From contig JAHDYR010000012.1 of assembly GCA_019828565.1 (NCBI GenBank), positions 1,054,001-1,118,000 of the forward strand: a stretch of DNA of 64,000 nucleotides. The letters run 5' to 3'. This document shows, in pieces, positions 44,121-54,794 of the stretch. Made by a program: the position numbers and the translations under genes. The DNA comes from Carpediemonas membranifera BICM. Its lineage: Eukaryota > Protista > Fornicata. The notes under the pieces are model-generated. The model was not told the origin of the DNA. It saw only the letters and a list, made by a program, of their open reading frames with translations, and made no database searches. Every line of letters begins with the position of its first letter. Position 1 is the first letter of the stretch.

Positions 44121-46229
44121 ATGTCGCAGCTGTCAGCGATCAGTTATAATACCCCTGTCCGAAGTTCTGCTTTTACATCGGGTGAACTGGCTATTGAGCG
44201 GCTATCGCTGCTGAGGTCGCAGTACCACTCTCATGGCCAGTTCAAGCGTGCCAGGGAGGTTGCAGAGAAAATACGGCAACTGAGGGAAGTTATTCGGAAG
44301 AATAAGCTCGATCTCCTTGGCGTAGAGGGTGATGAACGCGAGCAGATCATCTCGACGCAGTTTGGGGCTGAGCGGGCGCAGCTGGAGGGCCAATGGAACA
44401 ACCGAATCCAGGCCAAGCGCACTTCCCTCGCCATCATGCGCGAGGACATGACCGCCAAGTACATCCGTACCCGCGACCAGCTGGACGACCGGCTCCGACG
44501 GGCCACGGATGAGGTTCGGCTTGGGGTGCCCGACAGAGAGGCCCAGAAGAAAGTCGACGCCGTTAGGGCCGAGTATGAGGTCGTGTTAGAGACGCTGCTG
44601 GTCCGACAAGAGGCGGAGCAGGCGGCGCTCGAGGAGATGACGCACAAGCAGCTGCGGCACATGGAGGCCGCCCGCGATAGCGCGCTGCTCGAGTTTGACA
44701 AGGCCCACAGCCACACGGCCACACATCTCGCCCAGACCCGGCATGTTGCGGAGGACCTGGCGACGACATTCTCGTCCCGCCGCACGATGTCCGGCAGACC
44801 GCTGTCATCCCGGTCGAAGCGGCGCCTGCAGAGCATGTCCGCCGCACTCACCCCCCAGATCAACCGGAGCTCGCAACAACAGCACCTGGCCGCCACCGTC
44901 AAGCCGCGCCACCAGCCCAGTCGGGCCGGGCCCGGCACGCCAAACCCCAACCCGCCCGCTACGCTCGTCCGCACACAGTCCTCGACGGCGTCGAGCAGGG
45001 GCGTCTCACCGAGGCCCCAGAGCCGGCTGGCCGAGAGACCGCGGCCACTGGCCGAGAGCGGTGTCCGGGGGGAGAGGCCGATGTCGGTCATCCGGTCGAC
45101 GGCGGGCCACATCATGGAGATGCCCCTCAGCCGGCTCAACTCGCCCCCGCCCCCGCCGATTGCCGTGCACGCGACACGTACGCCCGCCCAGCCGGTTCAG
45201 CTGCAGACGTCCATCAAGGCGCCGCCCGGCCAGTACTCCGCCGGCTCGCCGGTGACGTCCTCCATCCCCGACCGGGTCTACCGCGAGGCCATCAAGCGGG
45301 CGTCCCTCGCCGCCTCGTCGGCCTCGCTTTCCCGGGTCCGCGCCTCGGGCCTCGAGGTCGCGCAGGACAAGGCGCGCGCCTCGGCCCCGCCGGTACCACG
45401 CCGACTGTCGGGCGACTCCAGGCCCTCCTCCGTCGCCCAGCAGACCGCGGCCAGACCGCCCAGCAGGGGCCGTGGCGTTACGTTCAGCCGGCTTGGGCGG
45501 GCCCGCATCCCGTCATCCCGGCCCTCGTCGTCGATGTCGGCGCGGCCGTTCACACCAATGTCCCCGAGGCCCGGTTCCGGAGTACCGGAGGAGCGACACC
45601 AGGTGCCGCCCGCCGCCATCCACCCGCGGGCCATCCCGCCGTCGCCCGGCATGGAGCTGGATGCCTTAGTGGACGATCTGATCGTGGAAGTGAACCGTGA
45701 CACCATCATGGAGGACACGGGCATCGGTGACGTCTGGGACGACATCCTCGACAGAGTCATCGCCTCTCACCACGTCCGGCTGCGGTCGGTGTCCAAGCAG
45801 TTCTCGAACCTGCAGTCGATAGGGCTGATCACGGCCAGAGCGACGATCGCCCAGACACTGTCGCCGCTCATCAACAAGCCCCCGAGCCACAAGGACGCCA
45901 GCCCCAGCAAGTCGCCCATCAAATCCGCGATCAGGCAGGCGGTGTCAATGGAGCATGGGGAGTGGAGCCCCGCCCCAGTGACGGTCTCCCCCAGTCGGAC
46001 GGCGGATGAGATGGACTACGGAATCACCTGGAACCGGGGCAAGACGCCCGAGAGCATCCGCCGCATGGGCCAGATCAAGCGCGCCGAGCAGTGTGAGAAG
46101 CGCTGGGTGGAGAGCGAGACGAAGCGCTTCTTCCCCAAGCACACGACACCTAGCACGAACTCCAGGCTTGCTTTCCACCCCGCCAGTGCGGCCAAGCCGC
46201 TGGTCAACGAGTTGGACCTGTCCGTCTGA
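44121..46229 (+). CDS. Hypothetical coiled-coil / low-complexity protein
   Basis: 702-aa ORF with N-terminal heptads and an S/P/R-rich middle. Confidence 0.65.
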   Translation: MSQLSAISYNTPVRSSAFTSGELAIERLSLLRSQYHSHGQFKRAREVAEKIRQLREVIRKNKLDLLGVEGDEREQIISTQFGAERAQLEGQWNNRIQAKRTSLAIMREDMTAKYIRTRDQLDDRLRRATDEVRLGVPDREAQKKVDAVRAEYEVVLETLLVRQEAEQAALEEMTHKQLRHMEAARDSALLEFDKAHSHTATHLAQTRHVAEDLATTFSSRRTMSGRPLSSRSKRRLQSMSAALTPQINRSSQQQHLAATVKPRHQPSRAGPGTPNPNPPATLVRTQSSTASSRGVSPRPQSRLAERPRPLAESGVRGERPMSVIRSTAGHIMEMPLSRLNSPPPPPIAVHATRTPAQPVQLQTSIKAPPGQYSAGSPVTSSIPDRVYREAIKRASLAASSASLSRVRASGLEVAQDKARASAPPVPRRLSGDSRPSSVAQQTAARPPSRGRGVTFSRLGRARIPSSRPSSSMSARPFTPMSPRPGSGVPEERHQVPPAAIHPRAIPPSPGMELDALVDDLIVEVNRDTIMEDTGIGDVWDDILDRVIASHHVRLRSVSKQFSNLQSIGLITARATIAQTLSPLINKPPSHKDASPSKSPIKSAIRQAVSMEHGEWSPAPVTVSPSRTADEMDYGITWNRGKTPESIRRMGQIKRAEQCEKRWVESETKRFFPKHTTPSTNSRLAFHPASAAKPLVNELDLSV

Positions 46230-46297
46230 CGATGATATTATATGTACCCTAGAACAATAAACAACGATGTGTTGAATCCCCCGTGCCTGCCACGACC

Positions 46298-46860
46298 CCG
46301 CAGCTCGCCCCTTACCAGACCCAGCAGACTCAGCTCTTGCGGGGAAATGAGGACCGCGAATGAAGTGTCGTGGTGCTGGGGCTACATGCATGTGCTGCAC
46401 GCCACACCCTCGCTGTGACTTGGGGTCGACTCTCGCGATGGCACCAACAACACAAGCTGATTGCAGTGGTGCCAAGCGAAATGGCAGCGACCAGCACTGG
46501 TGCAACCGAGCTCAAAGACGCTCTAGCAGGTCTCCATCGTCTTGCGACGATCGCCACGGCGGATGTCCCCGGAGACGTGCCGTCGTTGATCGCTGGCGCC
46601 TTCCACAGGCAGTTCCGCGAGGAGATGCCCTCGCTACACGATCATACTGAAGCATATGAAGCCACAACTGGGGCTACGGCCGATAAGCTCCTCGCGAGGC
46701 TCGCAGAACTCCCGCCTCTCGAGCCAAACGCACAGCTGCTCCTCGACCGCGCCCACTCCATCCTCACCAGCGGCCCTCCGCTCAGCATGAATGTCGAGCT
46801 CGCTGATGGCGAGGAGCTCCCGGTCGCCCTGCACACGCTGCTCCAGGGCACGCTCTGGGC
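46298..46860 (+). repeat. 563-bp inverted duplication, arm 2
   Basis: Reverse complement of 41930-42492. Confidence 0.9.
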
Positions 46861-48088
46861 GATTGTTGGGCAGCAGACAGCGCCGGACACCCCCAGCCCG
46901 CTTTGGTTCCTGTGCAAGAAGACGTTGTTCACCCACAGTGTTGCCACAAGGGATGCAGAGCACGTGACGATGACCCACTCCTTCGCACCGCCCACGTTCT
47001 TCATGACATACGCGGGCCGACTCCTGGCATGCGGCGGTAACGGGGCGGGATACACTGGCCTGGTCGACCGTCGCTCTGCTGTCCCAGAGTTCGGTCGTGT
47101 CTCCGTCCCCCCCGTCATTGCGCTCCACACATCCCACACAAGTTGCCTCGCACTCACGGCAAGGGGTCTGTTCGGCTGGGGTGAGAACACGGACGGCGAG
47201 CTCGGCCTGGGTGATCGCCGGAATACACCCCCGACCAGGGTGGCATTCCCCCATGCGCCTGCAGTCTGCAGGGTTGAACGGGCCCTCCCGGTCTGGCACG
47301 GGGACAGGCTCTCGACCCGCGTGCTGATGGGTACGCAGTTCTGGGGCTGGGCGATTATCTCTACTCCGGGCGGGGTGGTCGCTGCCGGCATTCTCCCAGA
47401 GAAACTCCGGAGGCCAGGGGCCCCAAGGTCCGTCTTCACGCCTGTCATCGGGATGCCGTCCGGGGTGCGACCCAGCTCATTTGTCGAGACCAGAGACTTC
47501 CTCCTCCTCATGGACTCGGAGGCAGGTCGTGCTCTGTGGTGCGGTGCCGATACCGCGGGGCGACTGGGCGGTGATGGGGGTCAGATGGGGCTGACAGACG
47601 CGCCCGTGGTCCCAGATCATGTCTGGGTGTCCAACAACTCTATAGTCCTAGCCCAGGGCCGGCAGCTGGTGTGGACGGGGGAACCCGGCCCCCTCCCCCG
47701 CGTGCTCTCAGACCCAGCCGACCCGCCCCATATAACTCTCCCTGCTGACGTAACCGCAGTTTACCTCTCAACCTCGATGTGGTGCTTTGTCCGCAGTCGT
47801 GGAGTCGACCTGTGGAGTCATGAAGTCGGGACGGACAATGTCCAGCAGTGGTCCAGTCCAGCCGCCCTCGTAGAGATCAGGTCTGACGTCGACTCGCACT
47901 GGATATGTTTGAACGGGGTGTGGCATGGTGTCGGGTCCAACTTCCGGGGCCGGCTGGGGGTCCGGGTCGACGCAGACTTCGTCTATTCGCCCACTCCTGT
48001 TATTAAGATCCCACCGGTGCTAGATATGTTACTAGGTGCAGCTGTTGATCGACAGCGCTTCTCGGGACACTGGTACATGCTCACGTAA
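46481..48088 (+). CDS. RCC1-like repeat family protein, paralog B
   Basis: GRLLACGGNGAGYTG, ALTARGLFGWGENTDGELGLG and GVWHGVGSNFRGRLG are RCC1-type repeats. Confidence 0.75.
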   Translation: MAATSTGATELKDALAGLHRLATIATADVPGDVPSLIAGAFHRQFREEMPSLHDHTEAYEATTGATADKLLARLAELPPLEPNAQLLLDRAHSILTSGPPLSMNVELADGEELPVALHTLLQGTLWAIVGQQTAPDTPSPLWFLCKKTLFTHSVATRDAEHVTMTHSFAPPTFFMTYAGRLLACGGNGAGYTGLVDRRSAVPEFGRVSVPPVIALHTSHTSCLALTARGLFGWGENTDGELGLGDRRNTPPTRVAFPHAPAVCRVERALPVWHGDRLSTRVLMGTQFWGWAIISTPGGVVAAGILPEKLRRPGAPRSVFTPVIGMPSGVRPSSFVETRDFLLLMDSEAGRALWCGADTAGRLGGDGGQMGLTDAPVVPDHVWVSNNSIVLAQGRQLVWTGEPGPLPRVLSDPADPPHITLPADVTAVYLSTSMWCFVRSRGVDLWSHEVGTDNVQQWSSPAALVEIRSDVDSHWICLNGVWHGVGSNFRGRLGVRVDADFVYSPTPVIKIPPVLDMLLGAAVDRQRFSGHWYMLT

Positions 48089-48123
48089 CACACAAAGTTT
48101 TTGCCAGATTTGACATATTGTCG

Positions 48124-48702
48124 ATGTCATTGCGACAGCGGGCTCCACGGGTCTCTCTCGAACCTGAAGAATCAGATCCCGAGTTTTTGAATGAAGAAGA
48201 GCAGCAACAAATAGTTTCCAAGTTTGAGCATTCCACCGAGCGCTCAGACTTCTTCTTCAAACTTGCGTTTGCGAGTATCTTCGCTGTTTTGTCTATTATT
48301 TTCATTGTGGGGCTTGTATTTACCGCTTATGATCCAACCCATCCACTATCGCACGACCTCCTCTTCAATAGAGTCCCACGGCCATTGATCCTTATCGCCG
48401 ACGCCGCCAGTGCCTCCGGTCTCGTCATCTCAGCGCTTTTCATCACGACACAGCCCGGCAGACGGACCCAGTTCCACAACACCATCGCGCCTGCTCTTGT
48501 GATGGGCGTCCAGGGCAGTGCACTGTGGACCCTGACGATTGTGGGCAACCTGGGGAAGCATAACGTTCCCTTCTTCATGTATTCATTCCCATTGGTTGCC
48601 GTGGCACCCACAGCAGCTTGGTACATCGATCACCAAATGCGTGAGGCAGCGGAGAAGATCGCGCAGCTCAGAGGGAAGATGTATGGCCTGAAGACGGCCT
48701 AA
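48124..48702 (+). CDS. Small 4-TM membrane protein
   Basis: FLNEEEQQQIV N-terminal motif, four hydrophobic segments, LRGKMYGLKTA tail. Confidence 0.65.
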   Translation: MSLRQRAPRVSLEPEESDPEFLNEEEQQQIVSKFEHSTERSDFFFKLAFASIFAVLSIIFIVGLVFTAYDPTHPLSHDLLFNRVPRPLILIADAASASGLVISALFITTQPGRRTQFHNTIAPALVMGVQGSALWTLTIVGNLGKHNVPFFMYSFPLVAVAPTAAWYIDHQMREAAEKIAQLRGKMYGLKTA

Positions 48703-49492
48703 GCAGTAAACAACGCGCAGCAGGGGCAAGAGGAGATCGTTTATGTATTGATCCTTTGGCGCAATTGCGGCGAAAAATCGAGGAAACTATGCTCATTCAG
48801 CATGCTCATTCCATCCTAATGTAAACAAGTACAGATTCTGTCTGTGTTTCAATCTGCCTGAGTGGTTCTTGACGAAATCTCTCTCTTGTGCAGTAATTTG
48901 CCCGCAAATGATCGCAAGCTGCGTATTCAGCTGCTGAAGCTTCTGCTGCTCATCTGCTACAACCTCTGCTGGTCCAGCCATCAACGATACGACAGCAATG
49001 GCTTCGCTTCGCGGCAATGACAGGCTGCTTAACCTGCAGGAAATGAAGATGGGGCGAACAGAGGTGCGGTAGATGTTGTGTGAGTTTTATGTCCATTCGG
49101 CTTATCTAATCTTCCTTGACCCTTGTCCATCGTGTCCATGTCTTGGGGATTCGTAAATTCACGGTCCTAGTACATCATAAGTCATACCTCTCCACACTCC
49201 TTAGCCCGGCCGAGCAAGCCGTCAGATTGGTTGTTTGAGAAGGAAGGTCTTCTCACCTTCCTTCTCACTCGCCATTAAACATCTCCCCAGTTGCTACTGC
49301 TCCCAAACCACGATCACCTGCTCGACCTCGGCCCTCGGCCTCAGGATCTTGCATTGTTTCGTGATTGTCGGAAGAAGAACAGAGGTGCGGTAGATGTAGT
49401 AGCGGTAGGGGGGAGACACTATCCTTGCACAGCCATCGCCTCCTCCTTGTCACCGTGCCCGTGCAGTATCAAAAACCGTGCTACACTTGCAT

Positions 49493-50242
49493 TTATTCAG
49501 CATCGTCAACGTCCTCGACACCCTCGTTGCCGTCAGTAGTGGAGGTCCAGAGGGTGAGGTTGTCGCGGAGGAGCTGCATGATGAGGGTAGAGTCCTTGTA
49601 GGAGTCCTCGGTCAGCTCATCGAGCTCGGCAATAGCGTCGTCGAACGCCTGCTTGGCAAGGTGGCAAGCCTTCTCGGGAGAGGAGAGGATCTCGTAGTAG
49701 AAGACGGAGAAGTTGAGGGCAAGGCCGAGGCGGAGGGGGTGGGTCGGGGGCAGGTCGACCTGAGCAATGTCGGAGGCGTTGCGGTAGGCGAGCAGAGAGG
49801 CCTCAGCGGTATCCTTGCGGGAATCGGCGACGGCGATCTCGGCGAGGTAGCGGTGGTAGTCACCCTTCATCTTGTAGTAGAAGACCTTGGCCTCACCAGT
49901 GGTGGAAGAGGGGAGGAGGTTCTTGTCAAGAAGAGTCAGGAGATCGTTGCAGATGTCAGCAAGCTCAGCCTCGATCTTCTTGCGGTACTCACGGATAATC
50001 TCGACGTGGCCCTCGTGGCCGCGGGTCTCCTCCTTGGACTCAATAGAGGAAACAATACGCCAGGAAGCACGGCGGGCACCAATGACATTCTTGTAGGCAA
50101 CGGAAAGAAGGTTGCGCTCCTCGACGGAAAGCTCAACGTTAAGGGCAGCAACGTCCTTCATAACGCTCACCATCTCTTCATACCGCTCAGCGGATTCGTT
50201 AAGCTTGGCCAAATAGATCTTAGAATCACGGTTCTCGCTCAT
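49493..50242 (-). CDS. 14-3-3 protein
   Basis: [73 protein letters not shown]. Confidence 0.98.
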   Translation of the reverse strand: MSENRDSKIYLAKLNESAERYEEMVSVMKDVAALNVELSVEERNLLSVAYKNVIGARRASWRIVSSIESKEETRGHEGHVEIIREYRKKIEAELADICNDLLTLLDKNLLPSSTTGEAKVFYYKMKGDYHRYLAEIAVADSRKDTAEASLLAYRNASDIAQVDLPPTHPLRLGLALNFSVFYYEILSSPEKACHLAKQAFDDAIAELDELTEDSYKDSTLIMQLLRDNLTLWTSTTDGNEGVEDVDDAE

Positions 50243-50904
50243 GCCTTGTGTTTCTTGGGTTTCGTAAGAAAAAATGCGTGACAGAATTTTTTCCCGCATT
50301 GCATTTCCCAATCTTTCACCGAGATCTGGCTGGCAGGGAAGTGTTGGGCTCAACCATGAGCCACTCTCTCGGTATACATCTCATACCCATTTTCAAACCC
50401 GAGTGTGCTGACTGCACGCCAAGTTGGGGCCCTCGCCGCGGCATCCCCTTGACCTCGGCCCTGGTGACGATGCCATGCTGTTGGCTGTTACTGTCAACTG
50501 TGTTGAGTTACAGCGAGAAATTTGTCTCCCTCGAACAGTTTGAGAATTGTATCTCAATATCAATATTTGACGGTCATACGACCTATTCAGGCTGCGCCAT
50601 ACGCAAGACCGCAGTAAGTAACAGGCCAGAAGGCGAACACAAACCAGCAATCATTCCATCGGTCATAATCTAATTATGGATCCACCGCTTTGCCCAGTGA
50701 TTCGACCAAATCAACACTGACCACCCATCAATCTGAATAATTCCTGGGTCTCGTGCGGTGCTAGTGGTACAGTTCCGTCGGGCTGGTGGTCAACATCCGC
50801 GGTCGGCCCTGTTTGCTGCCGCAGAATATCGACATCGAAACTGCAAATCGCCCGTGATCCGCCTTCGCAGACCTACGAACTGAAGGATGAAGTAATATTT
50901 CGAA

Positions 50905-51444
50905 ATGGAAACTGCGACTAAGCAAAGACATAGCGTTCTGATCGGCTATGGCTCCTCTACGGGACAAGCTGCGGATTGTGCCGATATTGTGGCTGATTCG
51001 ATCGCTGCCGACGGCTACAAGGCCGTGGTGCGTGAGCTCAACGATATTCCGCGGCACGAGCCATTCATTCGCCAGTTCAGTCTCTTTGTGATCATCATCT
51101 CATCCTCCGACGACACCGACGATCATGTTCCGTTCAACGCAGAGGTGTTCTGCCACTGGCTGCAGACCAGGCCCGATCTAGCCGGCGTGGACGTTGCGCT
51201 CTTCGGACTGGGCGACTCCAGCTACACCACGTTCAACGCTGCGGGCAACCTCCTCGAGGAACTCCTCCTGAACGCCGGGTGCCTCTTCGTCTGCCCGGTG
51301 GGCGTCGCCGACGATGAAGAGGGCTCTGTCTTCGAGCAGCTCGAACCATGGGTGGCAACTCTGACCCGCGCGGTGCGGATCATCGTCCCAGGGTCGCCCC
51401 CGGTCATCGCCCAGCTTCCCGGGTCCACCATGGACGTCGCATAA
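50905..51444 (+). CDS. Stand-alone flavodoxin domain (FMN-binding, diflavin-reductase type)
   Basis: IGYGSSTGQA, LFGLGDSSYTTFNAAG, GVADDEEG, LEPWV. Confidence 0.85.
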   Translation: METATKQRHSVLIGYGSSTGQAADCADIVADSIAADGYKAVVRELNDIPRHEPFIRQFSLFVIIISSSDDTDDHVPFNAEVFCHWLQTRPDLAGVDVALFGLGDSSYTTFNAAGNLLEELLLNAGCLFVCPVGVADDEEGSVFEQLEPWVATLTRAVRIIVPGSPPVIAQLPGSTMDVA

Positions 51445-51496
51445 TAAACGTATGGAAGGTGTTCAGTGTCTAACAACCATGGACAAAAAATAAACT

Positions 51497-52453
51497 TTAC
51501 TCAGGCTTGGCGGTGGCGCGGGCCTTCAGCTCGTCCCACTCGGCCTTGCTGATCCGCTTCCGCTTGGGCAGGTCCGCGGTCTCGATCATCTTGAGGTACG
51601 TCTCGTTGAACTGGAACTGGGGGCTCCGGTCGGCGTCGGCATAACGCATCTTAATGGCACCCTTGGGGCACGAGTGGTAGCAGGCGTAGCATCCCACGCA
51701 GCCGGGTCCACGCTCGGCGATGTGGGTGTCACCCATGCGCATGGCGCCCGTTGTGCAGGTTCTGACACACTTTCCGCACCCGATACAGCGAGAAGGGTCG
51801 ACAGTGACCTTGCTGAAGCCAAACTTCCCGCCCTTCTTGTCGTCAAAACCGACGGCAAGCATGAGCTTCGACGAAAGTGCGATCGATGGCGGCTTGACTG
51901 TCTCGCCAGCCGCCAGGCGCCGGACGAGCTCATCGGCATGTTGCTTGGGCGTTTCCAGGTCCTCCTTCGCTAATACCAGACCGCGGGTGCGAATGAGAGG
52001 CGGATAGTTGTGAGTTGACGCCCAAAAGCCATGATAAACAAACTTCCCACCGCGCTTGACCATGTGCTTGCCAGTGAGGCCGGCGCCCTCGGACGAGCTG
52101 GTCGCGGTGCAGAAGGTGAAGCAGAGATTGTCCTTGAAGTACTCGTCGAAGCGGGGCTGCTCAACGAACTCCCGGAGGCCGTGGATGAAGACGCCCATGG
52201 CGATGGCGGATCCGACGCCGACAACATCATACGAGTCGGCGGGGGCGATCTTCTTCAGACATTCTGCACGGGTGGCGGGTGTGCTGACGTTGAACTTGTC
52301 GACAACGTAGCCGGCAGCTTCTAGGGCAAGCTTGAAGCACTCGGCGTAGAATCTGCATGTCCCGGTGTAGCTGGCGTACAGAATGAGCGCGCGCTTGGAA
52401 CGCTGGTCCTGTTCGGTGCTCACGTGCTGCTGTTGCTCTTCCTCGCTGCTCAT
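51497..52453 (-). CDS. Flavodoxin-like + 2x[4Fe-4S] ferredoxin fusion (EFR1-like)
   Basis: ILYASYTGTC at the N-terminus; CIGCGKCVRTC and CVGCYACYHSCP cluster motifs. Confidence 0.85.
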   Translation of the reverse strand: MSSEEEQQQHVSTEQDQRSKRALILYASYTGTCRFYAECFKLALEAAGYVVDKFNVSTPATRAECLKKIAPADSYDVVGVGSAIAMGVFIHGLREFVEQPRFDEYFKDNLCFTFCTATSSSEGAGLTGKHMVKRGGKFVYHGFWASTHNYPPLIRTRGLVLAKEDLETPKQHADELVRRLAAGETVKPPSIALSSKLMLAVGFDDKKGGKFGFSKVTVDPSRCIGCGKCVRTCTTGAMRMGDTHIAERGPGCVGCYACYHSCPKGAIKMRYADADRSPQFQFNETYLKMIETADLPKRKRISKAEWDELKARATAKPE

Positions 52454-52530
52454 TGGAGGGCACAGGTGGTGTTTCACAAAAGTGCACATTGATTCAGAGA
52501 AGTCTGCTGTATACGATTGAGAGTTACTTT

Positions 52531-52562
52531 ACTGCTTGCACTGTGCACTCTATGATACTTCA
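52531..52562 (+). repeat. 32-bp direct repeat, left end of copy 1 (ACTGCTTGCACTGTGCACTCTATGATACTTCA)
   Basis: Identical to 54743-54774, 60416-60447 and 62630-62661. Confidence 0.95.
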
Positions 52563-53085
52563 TTACCCCTTCCCGCTCTCCCTTCCTTCTTCTTGAGAGT
52601 GATATTTCGATAGTCAGTCATCATCGTCGGGGGTCATCAATCAGTGCTTCTCCAGTCCTCTCGCCAAGCAACTAGCTTCCCACCTATCGTCTACCCCATC
52701 TTACTTCCATCCGCTCTCTTCTGCTTGTCGGATTTCGGGGTCTTGATCATGACGTCTTTGCAATCATCACCATGGCCTTCCATCGCACAGCTGGCTCTTC
52801 TATGCCGCTGCCTGAAGATAAAACACTTCAGTTCTTCTAATTCTCGCCATTATCACTGCATAGTCTCGTTCATTAAACGTCTGTCGTCTTTGATGTGTGT
52901 TGTTAACAAGTGATCGGTTCATTCACCGCAAAACGCAGAGCTTCGCATGACCAGCATCTATACGGTCAAGTTCTCCATATCCTCTCCGCATAACCGTAGA
53001 AACGTGATTCCTTTCATCGCGGACTTCTACGCCGGATTGGAGAAAATACGCCGCAGTTCGGCAGGCTGTCACCTCAATAGCCGAG

Positions 53086-54699
53086 ATGCCACTGTGGCAT
53101 GGCGAGTTCATCATCCGCCTCTGCACCGCCCTCATGGCAGCTCGTCAACAGTGCCCTCGCGAGTTCGACGTGTGGCTGGGCGAATATGCCACGAGCACCA
53201 AGCTGTGGCTCGTCAATGCCCTTGAAGGTTACTGCTGGCGCCTGGCGAAGATCATCACTCGGGTCGACACTGCCCTGACTCAGCGTGATCCAGACGTGCC
53301 CCGGGACGACATCACCCGGTTGCGCACCGAACAACGCGCTGTCAAGGCGATCGTTGATGAGCACCTTGCAAAGATCTCAACTCCGGGACGAGTCGACGAG
53401 GGCGTTCTACTCACGCTGCCCTGCGTCTGGCGGATCTCCGCGGCTCTGGGAGAGCTCACGGATATGGTTGCGGCATTCAACACCGCCCATCCACCTCTTC
53501 CGGGTGACAAGCCGCTGGCTGGCCCCAAGCTTGTTCCGCTTGTCCCGATGGCTCCGATCCGCCCCGGGTTCATGCACGTTCCCTGTTCTCTCAACGTGCT
53601 GAACCCGGCTTGGCTTGCCCCACTTGGGGTCGACCCGGAGCATCACACCACTGAGCGCATGACCCGAGAGCAGCTGGAGGCTCTTCCTCCGAACATCCGT
53701 CGGGTGCTGTCTGTCAAGACAGATGGGGTCGCCGTGGACCTCACGGTCCAAGTTGGTGCTCTGCCATACGTCAGCAGACGTGCCAGTGGCAACCCGACGA
53801 TGAAGCGAAAGGCTCGGGAGCGTCTGGGTGTGGATGACGCAGATGCTCGCCCCGCGCCAGACCCCGATGCCCACCTCATGGGTTTCGACCCGGGTGCTCG
53901 GGCTCTGGGTGGATTCTTCATCCGCCACCAAGATGGCACCACCAGCTCCGGTGTGGTCCCGAAGTGTGGGTACACCAAGACCCCCAGCTTCGCGTTCGAT
54001 ATGACTCCTGCGTCATTCAAAAGTACAAATCTAAATAGTCTACAAAACTCGATTAGGTTTGTGCTCCTCCACGAGCAGGAAATATTCGACGCTGGGATGG
54101 TCAAGAGCTTCCGCAGAGTGCGCCTGACGAACCACATCTTGCGTCAAAAGCACTTCCACAGAGCTGGGGAGCAGCTTGCTCGCACCCTAGGATGGACTCC
54201 TCGGCGACTCCCTCGCGGTATTGCTCCTCCCCGGGCAGCCCCCACCAGGCTGGTTGTCTTCTACGGAAGCGCTAGATTCAAGACGCCCCGTCGGGTGCAT
54301 CCATGCGCGCCGTATGGTCGCTTTGCAAAATCACTAGCACACATCATGAGAACTTTCAACATCACTGCTGAAGTGCGGATGACTAACGAGTTCCGAACCT
54401 CACTCGTCTGACCCTTCTGCCGCGCGAGGTTCCGTAGAACTCGCTACACGAGGCGCACGATGCGATGCCACAACCCGAATTGTCAAGGTGCTCCATGGTA
54501 CAGACAGCAACGCCTCAATTCCGATCCTACTACATCCACTTGGCTCAATCTCTCCCACAGAGACAAGACTGCTGCACAGAACATCTTGGATTGCGGCCTC
54601 ATGACGGATGCACAGTATAACAAGCCAGTGCTTTCAGAAATCCAGCCCGTCTTCCCAACTATAACCCCAATACACCAATTACGGCTAACCAGCCGCTAG
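53086..54699 (+). pseudogene. Fanzor-like nuclease with a nonsense mutation
   Basis: TGA at 54409-54411 replaces the TGC (first Zn-finger Cys) of copy 2 and removes the Zn finger and RuvC-III; the downstream frame is still intact. Confidence 0.85.
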
Positions 54700-54794
54700 T
54701 CTTCGCCTCCGGGCAAGCTAATTAATTGAAGTGGAGAGACGCACTGCTTGCACTGTGCACTCTATGATACTTCATTCAGAGAGAGATTCGACGT
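54682..54794 (+). ncRNA. Putative omegaRNA 3' scaffold plus flank-derived guide, copy 1
   Basis: Hairpins at the element right end, which is the position expected for TnpB/Fanzor omegaRNA; boundaries are inferred. Confidence 0.45.

Larger units (their letters stand above)
52499..54774 (+). mobile_element. Non-autonomous Fanzor/TnpB-carrying element, copy 1
   Basis: About 99.5% identical to 60384-62661; TSD TTCAGA at 52493-52498 and 54775-54780; termini GAAGT...ACTTCA. Confidence 0.92.

Noticed and set aside
52487-52498. TTGAT near the left end of copy 1 as an ISDra2-like TAM
   Set aside because: Absent at copy 2 and overlapping the TSD; IS200/605-type insertion does not create TSDs
52565-52920. 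Transposase remnant in the element's 5' region
   Set aside because: Only short stop-interrupted frames; no recognisable DDE, Y1, serine-recombinase or RT motif
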